Translations under genes and position numbers: made by a program | Notes under the pieces: generated by a model | What the model was told of the DNA's origin: nothing | What the model saw: the letters and a program-made list of their open reading frames with translations, nothing else | Databases searched by the model: none | Shown here: one piece after another, positions 47,545 to 60,329 of the stretch | Position numbering within the stretch: position 1 is the stretch's first letter | Layout: each line of letters begins with the position of its first letter | Assembly: GCA_964187785.1 (NCBI GenBank) | Contig: OZ076409.1 | Coordinates: forward strand, 64,542,001-64,606,000 | Direction: 5' to 3' | Origin: Amphiscolops sp. MND2022 | Taxonomy: Eukaryota | DNA: 64,000 nt

Positions 47545-48392
47545 TAGCTATACCGGAAGTACAAATGGAACAGGTGAAAATCAAATTGAACAAACGTTTT
47601 CCCATTAGATTTTTTAAACATATTAACAGTAGTGATAACTCGAAATTCATACCACAAAAATTCAACACAAGATGAATTGAGACGTTGACTAGCTCGTCGG
47701 AATGGAGATAACTTCCTGTAAGTAGCGAGAATTTTTAGTATAAAGAAAATTAAAGCCTACAATATTGTGAAAAACGAGTCGAAGTCTCAAAGCCGAGGGG
47801 GGAAATGACGATGTGTAGCAGCAATGTTAGAGTAGAAACCTGTTGAGACCCTGGAAACAAGGCTGTTCAAACAATAATTGTCATTACATTATTTGACATT
47901 ACAATAACTGCATTTATTGATTCTGGTTAAAGCTACTAATGCAATAAATGAATGCTGGCGTTCCAGATAATGCTTCCGTTATTGACCTTTAATGAAATTT
48001 GAACCAATAATATTTCAGCAAATTTGAATACCGCTCAACAACAGTACAGTTGACTTGCGGTATTAAGTACGCGCAGTATTACGTAAGTCTCAGCTTACGT
48101 ACGAAAACAATTCCAGACTACCGAATCAAGCAAATTAAGCAATGAAAATTCGGTTATTACGTACCATCGCTATTAAGTAAATTTCAAAACAGTCTATTGA
48201 AGCAAGTATCCAAAAGGAATTACTACATTGTTTCAAAGCGGTTACAGCGTAACTTCCAACACGTAACATGATAGAATAAATTATAAATGGGCTGCTAACC
48301 GATTGCCAGCTAATATTCAAATCGACAAATTACGCGTGCTTTTATTACAAGCTAATTATACAAACTAAATTGACAGCATATACATCTGTTCT

Positions 48393-48719
48393 CGGGGCCT
48401 ATCACTAATGTAATGTCATTATTAATGGACCCTTACATTCATTGAATGCTAAAGTTGAAAACTGGTTCACATTAAATGCATTATCATTGAATGTTCAATT
48501 ATGCAGAGGTAAAGAGTTTTTCAATTCTTCTTTCATTAAATATGTCCTGAAAAACAGAAATTGAAACGACAGACTATGCGTGAGGTCCTAGTGATTCGAT
48601 TTTAGACACCTTTGGTTCTATACCATGAAGACAGACTTCGGGACAAATTTTTGTGTTAAAGTATGCATTTTAATTAATGTCATTTAATGTGATACACATT
48701 ACATTAATGGTAGGCCCTG
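48393..48719. mobile_element. hAT-family MITE (327 bp) nested in the outer element
   Basis: About 23-bp imperfect TIR C(G/A)GGGCCTA(T/C)CA(C/T)TAATGTAATG; exact 8-bp TSD TCTGTTCT. Confidence 0.9.
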
Positions 48720-48764
48720 TCTGTTCTGAATTAAGAAATAACCGGCATATTTTAAATCTCTAGA

Positions 48765-50178
48765 ATGGGCCGCGACCTGTCTGTGGGAGCGTTGTTTCGT
48801 CCCTTCCAGGCGGAAAAGAAGTTTGGGAATATATTGCAACTTGAAACAAAACCAGATGTAAACCATGTGGATAACTCATGGAAAGCGTGTCTCGAGCCAA
48901 AGTTCTTGCCAAACAACATGCCGAAGGTGCTAAGCATCAAAAACAAATTCAACTATCTCTGCAACGCGACGAACTTACTTGGATTCGACGGCTGAAAATC
49001 AAACCGGCAACGAATTTTTTCGCGATTCAACGAAATGTTTAATTGAATCAACATCCCACTAAGCAAAGTTGACAATCCACACTTCAATGGCTTTCTAGAA
49101 AAATTTTGTCGAAATGCAGCTCCTTCTCGCTCCACCCTTCGAAAATGTTATTTGAAAAAGGAATATGAAGATCAAATTGCCATTATTGAAAATTCTGTAG
49201 AAATACAAGATTTCTTTATTGTCGTTGACGGATGTACCGACAACTTTGGCAGATTTATCGCGGGTGTCATGGTGGGAATCCTAAATCCTGAAATATACTC
49301 TCACCCACATTTATTTGAACTAGTTGAGCTTGAAAAAACCGACGGTGCTACAATTTCTCAGCTTGTGAATACATCGATTTCTAAATTATTTGAAGGAGAT
49401 GTACCATACGAAAAATTCAAATTGTTTCTCACTGATTCAGCATCATATATGTTATCTGCAGGTGCAAATTCAAAAGGTTTGTACACCGAAATGCTACATG
49501 TTACATGTGCAGCCCACGGTGTTCAGAGGTTTGCTGAGGAAATTCGGGAAAATCATGATCTAGTTAATCAGTTTATTTTTCTGATGAAGAAAACTTTTGT
49601 AAAATGCCAAAGGAGAAAACGATTGTCACTCGATGGAACACCTGGTTGAATGCTGCCGCATATTATTGCGAACATTTGAGGTAATTCAAAATTTTATTTT
49701 GACTAACCTAAAAAGCGAGGAATCCGCGTCAATATCGTCTTTGCAAAAATTATTGCAGAAGCCAGAGTTGCCATTGCAACTAGTATACTTTGGCCAGTTT
49801 AAAGAGGTGTCGGAGTTAATTGCAACATTACAAGGCCAACTGGAACTGGGAACATCCACAAAATTGATCGAAAATTTTCAAAACTCACATGAAGGCCCAA
49901 ATCGAACAAAGTTTGATGCTGTGCTAAAGCGAAGCCCTGACTGGAGCTCAATGTCTGCAATTGGCAATGTATTAGGAGAAAAAACAGAAAACTCTACATT
50001 TCTGTGTTCTATGTCACCGGCCACAATATTGAACTTTAAAAACGCTCCAATTGTGACTGTTGACATTAAACGCTGTTTCTCTGGGCTCTCAAGAGTCCTT
50101 ATTCCGCAAAGAGAAAGACTTACCTGAGAAAATTTGAAATATCTTCTTATCGTTGAGTGGAATAAAAGTTCTAATTAA
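48765..50178 (+). pseudogene. Decayed CGGBP-type hAT transposase
   Basis: NIPLSKVDNPHFNGFLEKFCRNAAPSRSTLRKCYL, IVVDGCTDNFGR, LFLTDSASYM, HVTCAAHG, and C-terminal NAPIVTVDIKRCFS...*ENLK. Frameshifts and an in-frame stop. A hAT-like right end AAAAATCCTACCCCTG ends at 50267. Confidence 0.8.
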
Positions 50179-50532
50179 TTTGCATATTTTTCAACATTTT
50201 TAATATTTTATTCACATAATTTAGTACATATTTTAAGTATTTCAGTTACATAAAAATCCTACCCCTGGTCATTATTATTGGACCTTACATTCATTAAATG
50301 TGAATGTTAAAAACTGTTCCACATTAAATGCATTAATTATCATTGAATGTTCAATTATGCAGAGGTAAACCCTTTTTCAAGTCTTCTTCTTTCATTAATT
50401 AACAAAAAATTGAAACAAATTATGCGTGAGATCCTAGTGATTCGATTTCAGACACCTTTGGTTCTATACCATGAAGACAGAATTCGGGGCAAATTTTTGT
50501 GTTAAAAGATCCGTCAAGTCCTAAATTGTGCA

Positions 50533-51787
50533 GGAAACAGATTTTCATGGCTAGAATGGACAATTATGAACGGGTTTTCATTCAATTTCGTAAAAAATCA
50601 GCTTAATCGGAAGTATACTAATCTACAACCCATTTGCCGTATTACGCTGGTAAAAGACATCGAGAATTTAACCCGTAAAGTAGAAACCAAGATATCAAAA
50701 GATCTTCCAGAAAAATTTGGTTTGTTTTTGGACGGCTGGTCTGACATGGGAACTTCGACCCATTATATGGCAATATATGCCATTTTCGCTACTGATTCGT
50801 CGTTGCTAGCTTTCTCGCCCCTCGAAAATGAAGAAGACTACACCGCTCGCTCACAGGCTGAATTCATACATTCAACTTTGACTATTTTTCAAAAAGACAT
50901 CCGAAATATTGTTTCGATGATTGGTGACAATGAACCGAAAAACGCAAGAATGGCATCCGATATGGACATTTATTTCATTGGTTGGTACAGCCACAAACTA
51001 AACTTAGCAGTTCAAAAGTTTCTGGAGCCATTTGGAGGAACATTGGGAAAATACATAATTTGATGCTAAATTAAAGCGATTGAAAAAACGAGCAGCATTG
51101 AGACGCCATACTCAGTTATCGCCAATATGCTTGAACGAAACGAGATGGAGTTCCACATTTAACATGTTGAACAGGTTTTTTGAGTTGAAGGATTTTATTG
51201 ATGTATCTGATCCTGACTTGGCACCTCGTATTCCTAGTGCTTCTGAAACCATGATAGTTCAAGACCTGTTCAAAAACCTAAAAATCTTTGAGTCAGTATC
51301 AAAAAAACTACAAGAAGCGTCTGTCACAATGCTCGAAGCACGTATATTGTTTGATTCGCTTCTTGAACGCTTTCCTGGCCTCGACTACTACATTTTGTCT
51401 GGTATCAATGGAAAACCTGTAATGAACAGAGCTACTGAATTTGAACTGGCGGTATGGAAAGCCCTAGAAGGAAATATGCTGAAATCGAATGAAAAAGCAA
51501 TTTTAAGTGTTTTTCAAATAGAAGTTTGTGTCGTTGAGAATTATTCGACAAAAAACAGTTTTGCGGATGCTGTATTGGCCAAAAAAGCAAAATGTGAAAC
51601 ATTTGACCTGAAATGGATTCCTCCCACTTCAAACAAAGCAGAGCGTCTCTTCAGTCGAGTAAGTCATATTTTCACGGACTACAGAAAAAGCCTTTCTCCT
51701 ATCAATCTGGAAGCGCAAATAATCCAAAATGTCAACAAGAAACATTGGAACGTTTTCACAGTTCAAGAAATTATTTATTCGAATTAA
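50533..51787 (+). pseudogene. hAT-like transposase of a second type, frameshifted near 51050-51075
   Basis: RFSWLEW, KFGLFLDGWSD, MIGDNE, IGWYSHKLNLAV, NETRWSSTFNMLNRF, and dimerisation-like WIPPTSNKAERLFS. Confidence 0.85.
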
Positions 51788-52629
51788 AAATAAAAATTGT
51801 CAATGTCAATCAATAATTGTCAATATAAAACAATAATTGATGTGTTTTTGTGTGTGGTTCAATAATTGCAATAATTGCATTTATTGATTGTTTATGTTTT
51901 GTTTATGGCATTAATTGATTGTTTTGATCTATAGTATTGTCATTACAATAATGAACAGCCTTGCCTGGAAAGCATCAGTGCATGAATAAGAGCCGTAATG
52001 TCGGGCAAAACCAAAGTTTGCATTAAAACACCTTCCAATGCAATTGAAGGAGTAGCCTACACACTAAAGCTAAACCGTGATTGACGCGCTCAAAGATATT
52101 GATGAAGAAAATGAGAATGAGTCCTGATGTAGTAAATGTTATGAAAATCTACATCGATGAATTTTGCTGCAATATCCATTTGACAAGGATTTCTGGCAAT
52201 TCCAAAAAGAACGATGTGTCAGATTTTCGTCACCTCCAACTGGCAAACATTTTAGCAATCTTTTTGAAGGAACTCTGCCAATAAAGCATTTGCTAAAGTA
52301 TTCACTTTTCTCAACCTTATTGAAAACATTTTCATACTGCAAAGCATCTTTCAAAAACCTGCTCACAGAAAATCAAGATGTATTTATCTATCCTTGGCTA
52401 ACTTCCGATTTTCGAAAACGGTTGTTATCATTGAGCGATCAAGATTTGCAATTAACTCGGACAATTGTAAATCATGGCAAAATCACACCTTGAAAGATGT
52501 TACGCGTTATTTTAATCAAGAAATTTAACTCTAAATATTGCTATAAATTTTAATTTATGTATGTTTTATCGAATATTCATAATCTGTTCAATTTTATTTT
52601 CACTTCGATTTGATTTTCCGGAATGGCCA

Positions 52630-53195
52630 TTTTTAGTCGGCGCATTTTCCTTACAGTGACCTTCTTTTCTTCAGACCACAGACCTCACACTGATCCGTCC
52701 ATTTTTTACAGAAACTACTAAAACTACTCAGGCCAAGTCCGGCCAATGCAAACTTAGTGCAAAGGGAACCCCTTTCATTTTCAGTTTTTTAACGGAACCT
52801 ACAAAACCGGACGAGACTAAAGGGCCCCCTTTCAATTTTTTCGGCACTGTGTGACTTTTTCGAAAAATTTTTATGTCTCAAAAGGGTTCCCCTTCGAGAT
52901 TTTTTGATATTTTGCATTAGAATGTATGTTAATAAATCCCAAGTGTCCCCTTCCACATTTTTCAGAACTATGCGGTTTTTCGAAGGAAAAAATCCCAAGT
53001 TTCTTCTCCAGAAAATTTTTTTTTGTTCCCAGTTGGGGAAGTGGTTTCCGAGTCTTATCGAGCATGAAAGACACCCTTTGAGTGTCTCGAAATTGTTTTC
53101 TGAGCTTTTCATAAATACGTCTTTGGCATAGTTTGAATACTTTGGGCTTTTTGAGCCTTAGATATAGCGCCGACTTTAGACGTTCTCGCCCTGTT
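52630..53195 (+). mobile_element. Family A copy
   Basis: Starts TTTTTAGTCGGCGCATTTTCC; ends GCGCCGACTTTA-GACG-TTCT-CGCC-CTGTT. Confidence 0.75.
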
Positions 53196-55463
53196 AACGT
53201 TAGTTCTATTGAATTTTTTGTTCTATTTGAAACTCGCTTTGTTCTAGTTGAATCGCAAGAGGAGAAGTAACTTTGTTAAGTCCTTTCTTCCATATTTTGT
53301 AGATTTCGTGGGAGAATAGCATTTTGGGACTCCGTTCATGCTTGAGTAGTTTATCAGTTGCCACTTAATTGAACCGCTAATTAAATCGCGGATAAATTTC
53401 AGAGCAGCCGCTAAGCCGCTAAATAGCGAAAACGAAACTCTGGTATAAAAAGAAGCATTTAAACGTTTGTAATCGTATTGCGTGGTGTCATAGCAAAAGC
53501 ACTGCATGGCGGGGACGATACATGGCATGATAATGGTGAGAAAAGCTTATAGTAAGAGAAACTTCAATAGAACGTCATGACATCAATTTTAATTGCAAAA
53601 AATTCCGGAATGAAAAAATAGCGGAAAGAGCGCAAAAATGTAGACTAAAAAAGTCATTCAAATATTATACTATACGTCTGAAGCAAACAAGCAAAGTAGT
53701 CTCTGATTTTCCAGTTATGAATGAAAAGGAAAAGTATTATCATAGAACGTAAGCTTGAGCAATAAAAGCAGAGAAAAGGCTTTGTTCAACTATGAAGCAA
53801 TTAGAATTCCAGAATATAAAGACAAGTAAGTAAAAACTGTTTCAGATAACCTAATACTATAATCACGGACTACAAAATAGCCGAGGTAAACACCGCGATC
53901 ATTCAGCTTCTTCTGTTTCTCAAAATCTGCAGTCGATGCAGCATCATCAATAGTACCCGTTAGGCACTTGAACTCCCATAAAAATCGGCTTCAGAATTTT
54001 CAAGCGTGCGACAGGCGAGTTTCCAATCAATTACCAATGTTGACGATCATGCTACTGTTTCAAGATTATTTCCACGAAAAATTGCACTTCTATAGCAGTA
54101 TACATAGACACGTAAAAACAACTCAACGGCACTGTTTGCCATCTAGCATCCTTTTTTATGCTTGATGCTGAATTTCACTTACTCGAGGAACACCATTGGG
54201 TTGAAAAATCAAAACCATTGCAAAGTGAACCGACGTCATACTCCTGGAAAATTTTGTTCCAAAGAGTGGTTTTTAATGAAGTCGGTATAGTATAAATGTG
54301 AAGCAGACTATTATAGTGCTTCCCATCGGATATTTAAATGACCTAGCAGTGGGGAAAATGTATACAAAAACGAAACATTCTACATGCAGAAAGATGTCGT
54401 ACTGGTTAAATCGATAGGTCGAGGGTTCGATGCCAGGCCCATACCAGTTGTTCAACACCTTTGACGCTCCTTTTGTTGCTTCTCGGCCTTCAAGCAGCGC
54501 ATCCAATCATGCCCTTTTTGGCTTTTCATCATTCAGACGAGATTCAAAATTTTTCCATTTGCAACTAATTTGAAATAGTCATAAGGGGGCACAAGTCAAC
54601 CGATACCAGTACTATCATTTTCCGCATTACAGTATTTGGGCGGAAAGGCGGCGCCCCGCCTGAAGTCCGAAAATCATGAAGTCGTTCGAATTTGCTGGTA
54701 TACTGTTGTTTTTCAGAAATTTCAAAAATCACAGTGCCGAATACTTCAAGAAGGGGACAGTTGGACTTCTCTCTTTCCAATGTGGTTGGTGAAAATATCA
54801 AAGAATTCAAAGCATTGACAAGACATTAAAAAAATCAAGGCCAGAAAAAGATGGGAAGAGAAGGCCTTCTAGAGAATTGGCCGAAGTTGGAAAAGTTTAC
54901 AACAACCGAATAAGTTGTATTAAAAATTATTTTAGGTTATATGAGTTGAAATACTTGGCGTACAAGCATTCCAAGTTCCGCCTGACAAGACACAAAAAAC
55001 GCTATTTCCGAATTGATTACGTTATATCTGGGTTATGTTACTTTATACATAAGGTACTCGAAAACGTAATTTGTAAAATTCAATGTGAAAAAAAATAGAC
55101 CTGAGCAAGTTTTGAACCTTCGGCTTGCCTGGGTCCAACCACAAGGCCTTAAAGCCTCATACCTGACTTTCCAGAAAAATTGTCCATTACGAAAACGCTG
55201 AATCAAAACCGAATTCCAAATATATAATTTGAGAGGCTGAACAAAAACCAATTGACCATTTGAAACTTGATCAGGACCCTCTTCTTGAACTTAATTTTCA
55301 GTTTCAGTAAAACTAAAAATTATGAAATACTGGATACACAACGAACTTGGGCAATATTTTCCTGTTAAAAAATTCCGATTTAAAAGTCTCTTCTGTGTTC
55401 ACTGAATCTCAAAAAACTTTTTCATAGGAGTAAGGGATTATTAATTGAATTTTCAATTTGATC

Positions 55464-55881
55464 TTTTTATTTTCCGACCCACATTTTCAATGGGGGAGGA
55501 AAATCATCATCTGTGTTGCGTTTTCATTTTCCGACCCACATTTTCAATGAGGGAGGAAAATCATCATCTGTGTTGCGTTTTTTTCCAAATTCTGCCAAAA
55601 CTCCACTTTGTACAACTCCACTCCACTTACTCAGTCTCCCTGCTCAGCCTTCATCCTTCATACTGAGATGGGAATAATATCTAAAGTAAAAATGGGATTA
55701 AGATCTGAAGGGAATAAGATCTAAAATTTCAGGACGGGAATAAGATCTAAAGGGAATAAGATCTAAAATCACTAAATTTTAGATCTTATTTAGATCCTAT
55801 TCCCCTCCCAAAATAGCTATGGCTCAAGCGATGAAGGCGAAAAGGGAGGAAAATATCCCGGTGCTTAGCGGGTGTCTTGTT
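55464..55881 (+). mobile_element. Family B copy with duplicated terminal hairpin
   Basis: Two tandem ATTTTCCGACCC...GGAAAAT units, a GGGAATAAGATCTAA array, and the end CCCGGTGCTTAGCGGGTGTCTTGTT. Confidence 0.75.
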
Positions 55882-56879
55882 TCTCAGTGAAGCTTTTCGG
55901 GATTGGTTCCTATGGACACAGTAAAGTTGCACTTGGCAAAGACATTGAACAGGATATTATTCGTGAAATGTTTCCAGACGCCTTAAAGAATCAGACATCT
56001 AGTAGCCACAATGGTTTGACAAAGAGCGAATAACGGAACAATATAACCAAAATGCATCTACAGATTTGAAAACTAGTTCATGCATATATGATTCCAACAT
56101 GGCAAACTGAAAAAATACATTTCCATGAGAAACTTTTTGTCTCATGCAAATGTATGTTTTCAATTTGCCAAATTTAGCAGGCAGATTAGAATCCACAGGA
56201 AGAACTCTACGGAGCAGGAACCACCAAACTTAGCTTCCGTTTAGTTAGAATTACTTTAGATCCTTGTACAACCTGAAACTATTAGGGATATAATTTTCAA
56301 ACCCGCAACCTGCCAAATTATGAATAAAATCATGCAAAACATATCCCTAGAGTTGTCTTAGCGTTCATAGTTTCCGAGAAGTTGTGACTACTCACATAAA
56401 TAAAGCCGATGTCTCTCTGTAATTCGGAGATTGGCGATATTCGGGTGAACAGCTTTAAGAATGGAAAGCATAATTGCTTTCTATAAAACAAGAAAAAAGC
56501 GCGCTGTTTCAACAAAATGTCAGAATTTCTCGTAAGATATCTGCAAGCGTCTATGCTGCTCCAATTTCAATGTGAAAGTGTCACTGGTAATCTTAGCCAG
56601 ATGCTCAATTGGTGTTCCGTGTAAGTTGGCTCAATAAGCGAAGTTGTTCCGAAAAAAAAATTTGTCAAGTCTCGGTTTCTTGGTTTTCATGCATCCGTAA
56701 CTGTAATCGTCTGGCGGTCATTGTCCTGACTAAAAGCGTCGAGTAAAAACATTAAAATGACAAAGTCAATTTTCGTAAAGAAAATTCGACCGATTTTGAT
56801 AGATTACCCAATTTTTGAGCCCAACATATAAATTCTGCTCAAATTTGAGTAACTCGAATTTCCTGAATTTTCTCTTTAG

Positions 56880-58121
56880 CACCTTTAACCAGCAAAGTAG
56901 ATAAAATTCAAAAAAAAACTTTTCTCAGGCAGTGCTCCGACTTTAAAACCTGAAGGCTTTTGAATACAGGTTAGAGGTTCAATTCCAGGCACATGCTCTT
57001 CTTTATTCGAATTGCAAAGCTTTACGACACTGGGGGCTCCCATCTTTGTGTTTTTTGGCACTGTATGAGCATTTTTCATTGCACAAAAAATTCCCCCGTT
57101 GGTAATTTTAATTTTTCATGACAAAAAGATTTTTCAAGCATAAAGGATTCCCTTTGATTTTTTCGCCACTGTCCGACTTTTCTCAAAATTCAATTTTCCA
57201 AAAGGGTCCGTTGGTTTTTTGATATTTTTGGATAGAAAAAGCGTTTCCAAGCCCAAAAACTCCCTTTCCCTTTGGGTTTTTTTTCGACACTGCAACCTCT
57301 TAAAAAATCCAATTTTCCAAAATGGCCACTTCGGTTTTTTGACATTTTTGAATAAGCCCTGTTTTTTCAGTTTGGTTTTTAAGCCCTGAAGTTTCAGTTT
57401 GGATTTTTTTCGACACTCCAAGATTTATGAAAATTTTCACAATAACTGTTCCTGGTCATGTTCAAGAGACTTTTTTCTTCATGAGCGGGTGCCGATTTAT
57501 GTCGTTCCCGGTTTGTTCAATCAGAGTATTGTAATACTGCAGTAGTTCCTAAATTCATAAATCTACCGATTAGAAATTAGTAACGGATGGAGCCCAGGTC
57601 TCCGCCTGACAATTAGTGGAACTGCACAAAACCTATGCGAATGTCCTCTCAATACTCAGAAAACTACTGGAATACTTTTCGGTAGAACACTCATCTTTAG
57701 AAAATCGTCAGATCGAGTGGCTTTTCAAAGAAGTCAACTATATGTAATCTTTTTAGTCGACTAATTATAGGCGAATTTTAATTGAATTCCACTGCGTTTA
57801 CGTCGGTTCGAATTCTGCAACGCAATAGAAAAATTTTATGCTTGCAAAAAAGGTCACCCTTTGTTTTTTTTCGGCACTGTGCTATTTTTAGAAAAAATTC
57901 AGTTGGTCAAAGGCTACCCCTTCACTTTTATAAAGGTTTTCGACTAGAAAAAAAAACACTTTGCTAGCTTAAAGCTCCTTTTTTGCACTATGGATCTTTT
58001 TCCGCAGACTGTAAATTTGATAAGAATTTTCAAAATAGTGTCCCTTTGCATTTTTCAAAAAAAATTTGCTGTTTTGGAACTTTGAGCGGCTAAAGACGAC
58101 TAGGGCCATTCCCAGCTTGTT
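56880..58121 (+). mobile_element. Two diverged family A copies (ending 57517 and 58121)
   Basis: Ends GTCG-TTCC-CGG-TTTGTT and GCCA-TTCC-CAGC-TTGTT; start TTTTTAGTCGAC at about 57750; B-box-like GGTTCAATTCC at about 56978. Confidence 0.55.
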
Positions 58122-58838
58122 TCATGGAGTACCGATTAAAAATTACAGGTTTCGTAGAAACGTTTTTACCGCGAATAAGGACTTCCTGTTGCCTATTATG
58201 ATACTTCACTTTCCATAAAGAACTATCCATAAATAATTTAATTAATGAGATTACAAAAAACAATCTGTAATATAAATAACTAACTATTCAAAGGATAATG
58301 TAAAAGAGCTAAAACGCAATAGCGAAAAATGCAGTAATATGAATATTTGCACCATTTTAACTAATTGTGCTCATTGGAGTGACAGGTGGACAAACATAGG
58401 TCAAATAAATCCGAGCACTCACAAATGAAATTTCCTTGAGCAACGGAAATTTCCTTTCATTAAATTCCACCATCAGCAGGAAAAGCATTACCTGTTGTGA
58501 AGGATATTAGATTTTGGGGAAAACTACAATACTCATTTGATGTTTTTAATTTCAAGCTTTGAAAAAAACGTAGACTTCACTTCCAATTTCCTTTCCATGG
58601 AAGTAAGATGAACTGGTACGTTTTTACCAGAAACTGTTGAAAAATACAGATAATGTGAGAGGAAAACCAAAGAATTTTTCGGTAGATTTTGACAGCTCAT
58701 AAGTTTTACTGGACTTGAAATTTATCATATTTTAGAATCAAGTACTAAGGAAGGCCATATATTCAGCAGAGCCATCGTAAGGATCCGTCCAAAGATAAAA
58801 TATTCAGAGCAATATATTGCACTTTATAAGAGAACGGA

Positions 58839-59344
58839 TTACATAGGAGCGTCTGAACAGTCCGATTCAGTGCGGGTAGGTAGAAGTTTAGTTCTCAACT
58901 GTGAAGACTCTTTTCTTGATCTGAAGGGTTTCAACTTCTTATAATTTCTACATTTTTGAGAAAACTGTCTTTTAGAGCCAGTTAGAAACAGTTGAAGTTT
59001 CCGAATTTCTCTGGACAAGGCTGGTTTTTTCAGTTTAGAGCTAGTTGATTTAGCATATGATTCACTGTTTTGGTCACACAGGCAAGGCTCCTCTGGAAGT
59101 CGGAAGTGGGACGGTCTCTGGCTAGAACATCCACAGAGTTCAATTGTGATTTCCGGAGGATAATGGTGGACCCCGGACCCGATAAGACCTATATAGTCAC
59201 CTTCCAGGTATTTGAGGTTGCTGGGAATCCGTTTTTGGTCAGGTCTCCAGAGTTTGGTTATGTAAACTGCTCCAAACAGGAGGAAAAGGATGCTGGATAG
59301 ACAGACTATTGACCAAAAACCGTCTTCTTCCTGCAGTCCATGAC
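58839..59344 (-). CDS. Probable terminal exon of a membrane protein (absent from the ORF track)
   Basis: TTTCAG acceptor, then 167 stop-free codons: HGLQEEDGFWSIVCLSSILFLLFGAVYITKLWRPDQKR...DCSDAPM*. One hydrophobic helix followed by basic residues. Confidence 0.6.
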
Positions 59345-60329
59345 CTGAAACAAGATTCCAGATTTTACATCAATCATATGAGCAAACACTGAGATCTTAC
59401 TTCGTAGCACGTATCCAAGAAAACTTCAGACCATATTGGAGATTGTAAAATCAGAGCATTTCAAAAATTCCATTAAATATCAATATCGCAAAAAATGGAC
59501 CGAAAATAATAAGTAAATTTCAAAGAAAGTGACAGTTGAAATTGTGACCTTTTCTGAATGCAACTATGTGAAAATTCTAACAGGTATGGCATTTCATTTG
59601 TAATACAGTCAATCGCAATTTGAAATCAAACAACCATGAAACTGAATCTTCCTTTTTTCACCCATAATCGGAGCATTCTGACTAACCCAAAGATATGATA
59701 TTAATGTTGCGATTGAACAAATTTATTTGCTGCATATGGTTATTGATCGAAGTGTTCTTCTCAGTTTCCATTTCTATCACTTTAGACCAATAGAAATCAC
59801 GTGCAGATAGCTCTGGATGACGTCATAAAAACTAGAAGACTCCTGAGGTTCAGCGGATTGATGATTATGCTGTCAGCTCAAACACAAGACGTCTAGACTC
59901 AAAGTTCTGATTGACCGCACTCGACGAACCGCCCATGTTCTCTAGAAGCAGAAAAACAACATTGATCTCTCTTAGCATAAACGTTTTACTTGAGTTCACG
60001 AACAAATCCTTCAATCCAAATTTTCCGTTTCAACTGATCGAATCCACATACTGAAAACTTTTAACATAACGACGAGTTCTACACAAAAAAACTGGGACAA
60101 TTCCGAATGAGAAACATCTTTGAAGTCGTGCAAAAACATTTATACACTACTTCTGCATAAACATTGCCTGGAAAAGAATCAAAATATTGAAACCACTTAA
60201 ATCAATCTGGGCGTAGTTAACTCCGAATACACCCAATGCTGAAAAACGATCGAACGATCTAAAAATCGGTCAAAGTACATCTCGGCAGTTTTCCAGTCAA
60301 ATTAACTCAAAAATGCAGCAGAAATGATC

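Larger units (their letters stand above)
47858..51963 (+). mobile_element. hAT-superfamily DNA transposon (outer element of a nest)
   Basis: 12-bp perfect TIR CAAGGCTGTTCA / TGAACAGCCTTG; exact 8-bp TSD CCTGGAAA (47850-47857, 51964-51971); CAATAATTG subterminal motifs at both ends. Confidence 0.9.

Noticed and set aside
48044-48110. TA-CAGTTGACTTGCGG pogo-like terminus
   Set aside because: No matching inverted end found.
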